DNA of 63,618 bases, counting the filler, from Peribolospora baueri (Eukaryota), in assembly GCA_029717555.1 (NCBI GenBank). It is 4 parts of 4 records of this genome, joined end to end, with 100 filler letters (N's around TTAATTAATTAA, not from the genome) between each part and the next. Parts side by side here need not be neighbours in the genome. Positions count along the whole stretch, not along the records: positions 59,325 to 63,618 come from JAMDHS010000204.1; 3 more parts are not named here. One strand, 5' to 3'. The position numbers and the translations under genes are program-made. Every line of letters starts with the position of its first letter. Within the stretch, counting starts at the first letter, position 1. The notes beneath the pieces are model-generated. The model saw only the letters and a program-made list of their open reading frames with translations. It was not told where the DNA came from and ran no database searches. Below are positions 63,159-63,618 of the stretch, piece by piece.

Positions 63159-63569
63159 ATGCTCAAGCGGCCAGCGCCGGCGACGGACGTCGCGGTGGCC
63201 AAGAAGGCCCGCCCCGACGACTCTCCTCTGCCGGCCGGCTCGACGGCGCCTCTCTTGACCGGCGTGGCTGACCCGCTCCGTCTCGAGAGGGAGACCATGG
63301 CCCCTGACTGGTTTAGCGTGCTTGAGAAGGAGATGAGGGAGCCCTACTTTGCTGAGGTGGGTGGCGAGTTTCAGTCGCGGCCCACTCGGCCCAGCTCAAA
63401 CTCGTGCACTGATCCATCCGGGCTCTTCCCGTTCGCCTCGTTCAGCTCAAGCGCTTCCTCGCCGCCGAAGTGCAGTCAGGCACGAAAGTCTACCCTCCCC
63501 GTGAGCCGGCTATGACCGCCGGGGAATGTCGGTTTGTCTCTTTCGCGACGGCGCTCACCGTCACATCAC

Positions 63570-63612
<43 letters not shown>

Positions 63613-63618
63613 TTTCTT
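63159..63618 (+). CDS. UNG1: Uracil-DNA glycosylase (family 1), 5' part
   Basis: MLKRPAP…AKKAR (NLS-like), LRLERETMAPDWFSVLEKEMREPYFAE/LKRFL…KVYPP, then an intron running to the window end. Confidence 0.85.

Overview
GC-rich, intron-rich eukaryotic DNA from a basidiomycete fungus (GT-AG introns of about 60-190 nt with CTRAC-like branch points; the proteins look basidiomycete-like, but the subphylum cannot be resolved by eye). The window is four contig pieces joined by artificial N44-TTAATTAATTAA-N44 linkers (21316-21415, 42168-42267, 59225-59324), so adjacency across linkers is not evidence of synteny. Piece 1: ICE2 (-), a Pol III-like/tRNA-relic element, and a complete single-gene cytoplasmic dynein heavy chain (+; 24 introns, 4703 aa by manual splicing). 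Piece 2: intron-containing tRNA-Arg(ACG), KAR5/Tht1 (-), MAD2 (-), MTR4 (+), glyoxalase II (-), glutamate decarboxylase (+), catalase (+) and a truncated HGGG-type alpha/beta hydrolase (+). Piece 3: a decayed intronless ORF abutting a ~470-bp foldback inverted repeat, BEM3-like PX-PH-RhoGAP (-), DGA1/DGAT2 (-) and condensin BRN1 (+, truncated). Piece 4: 5' end of an OYE-family flavin oxidoreductase (-), a small secreted protein resembling a free-standing aspartic-protease propeptide (+), a small hypothetical gene (-), a GNAT acetyltransferase (-) and UNG1 (+, truncated). Best leads: the stand-alone propeptide-like protein, an intron inside the dynein AAA4 P-loop near where Ustilago dynein is recalled to be split, the foldback element, the candidate Pol III ncRNA, and cryptic dual-targeting isoforms (catalase, glyoxalase II, UNG1). 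All gene models were spliced by hand and no database searches were run.
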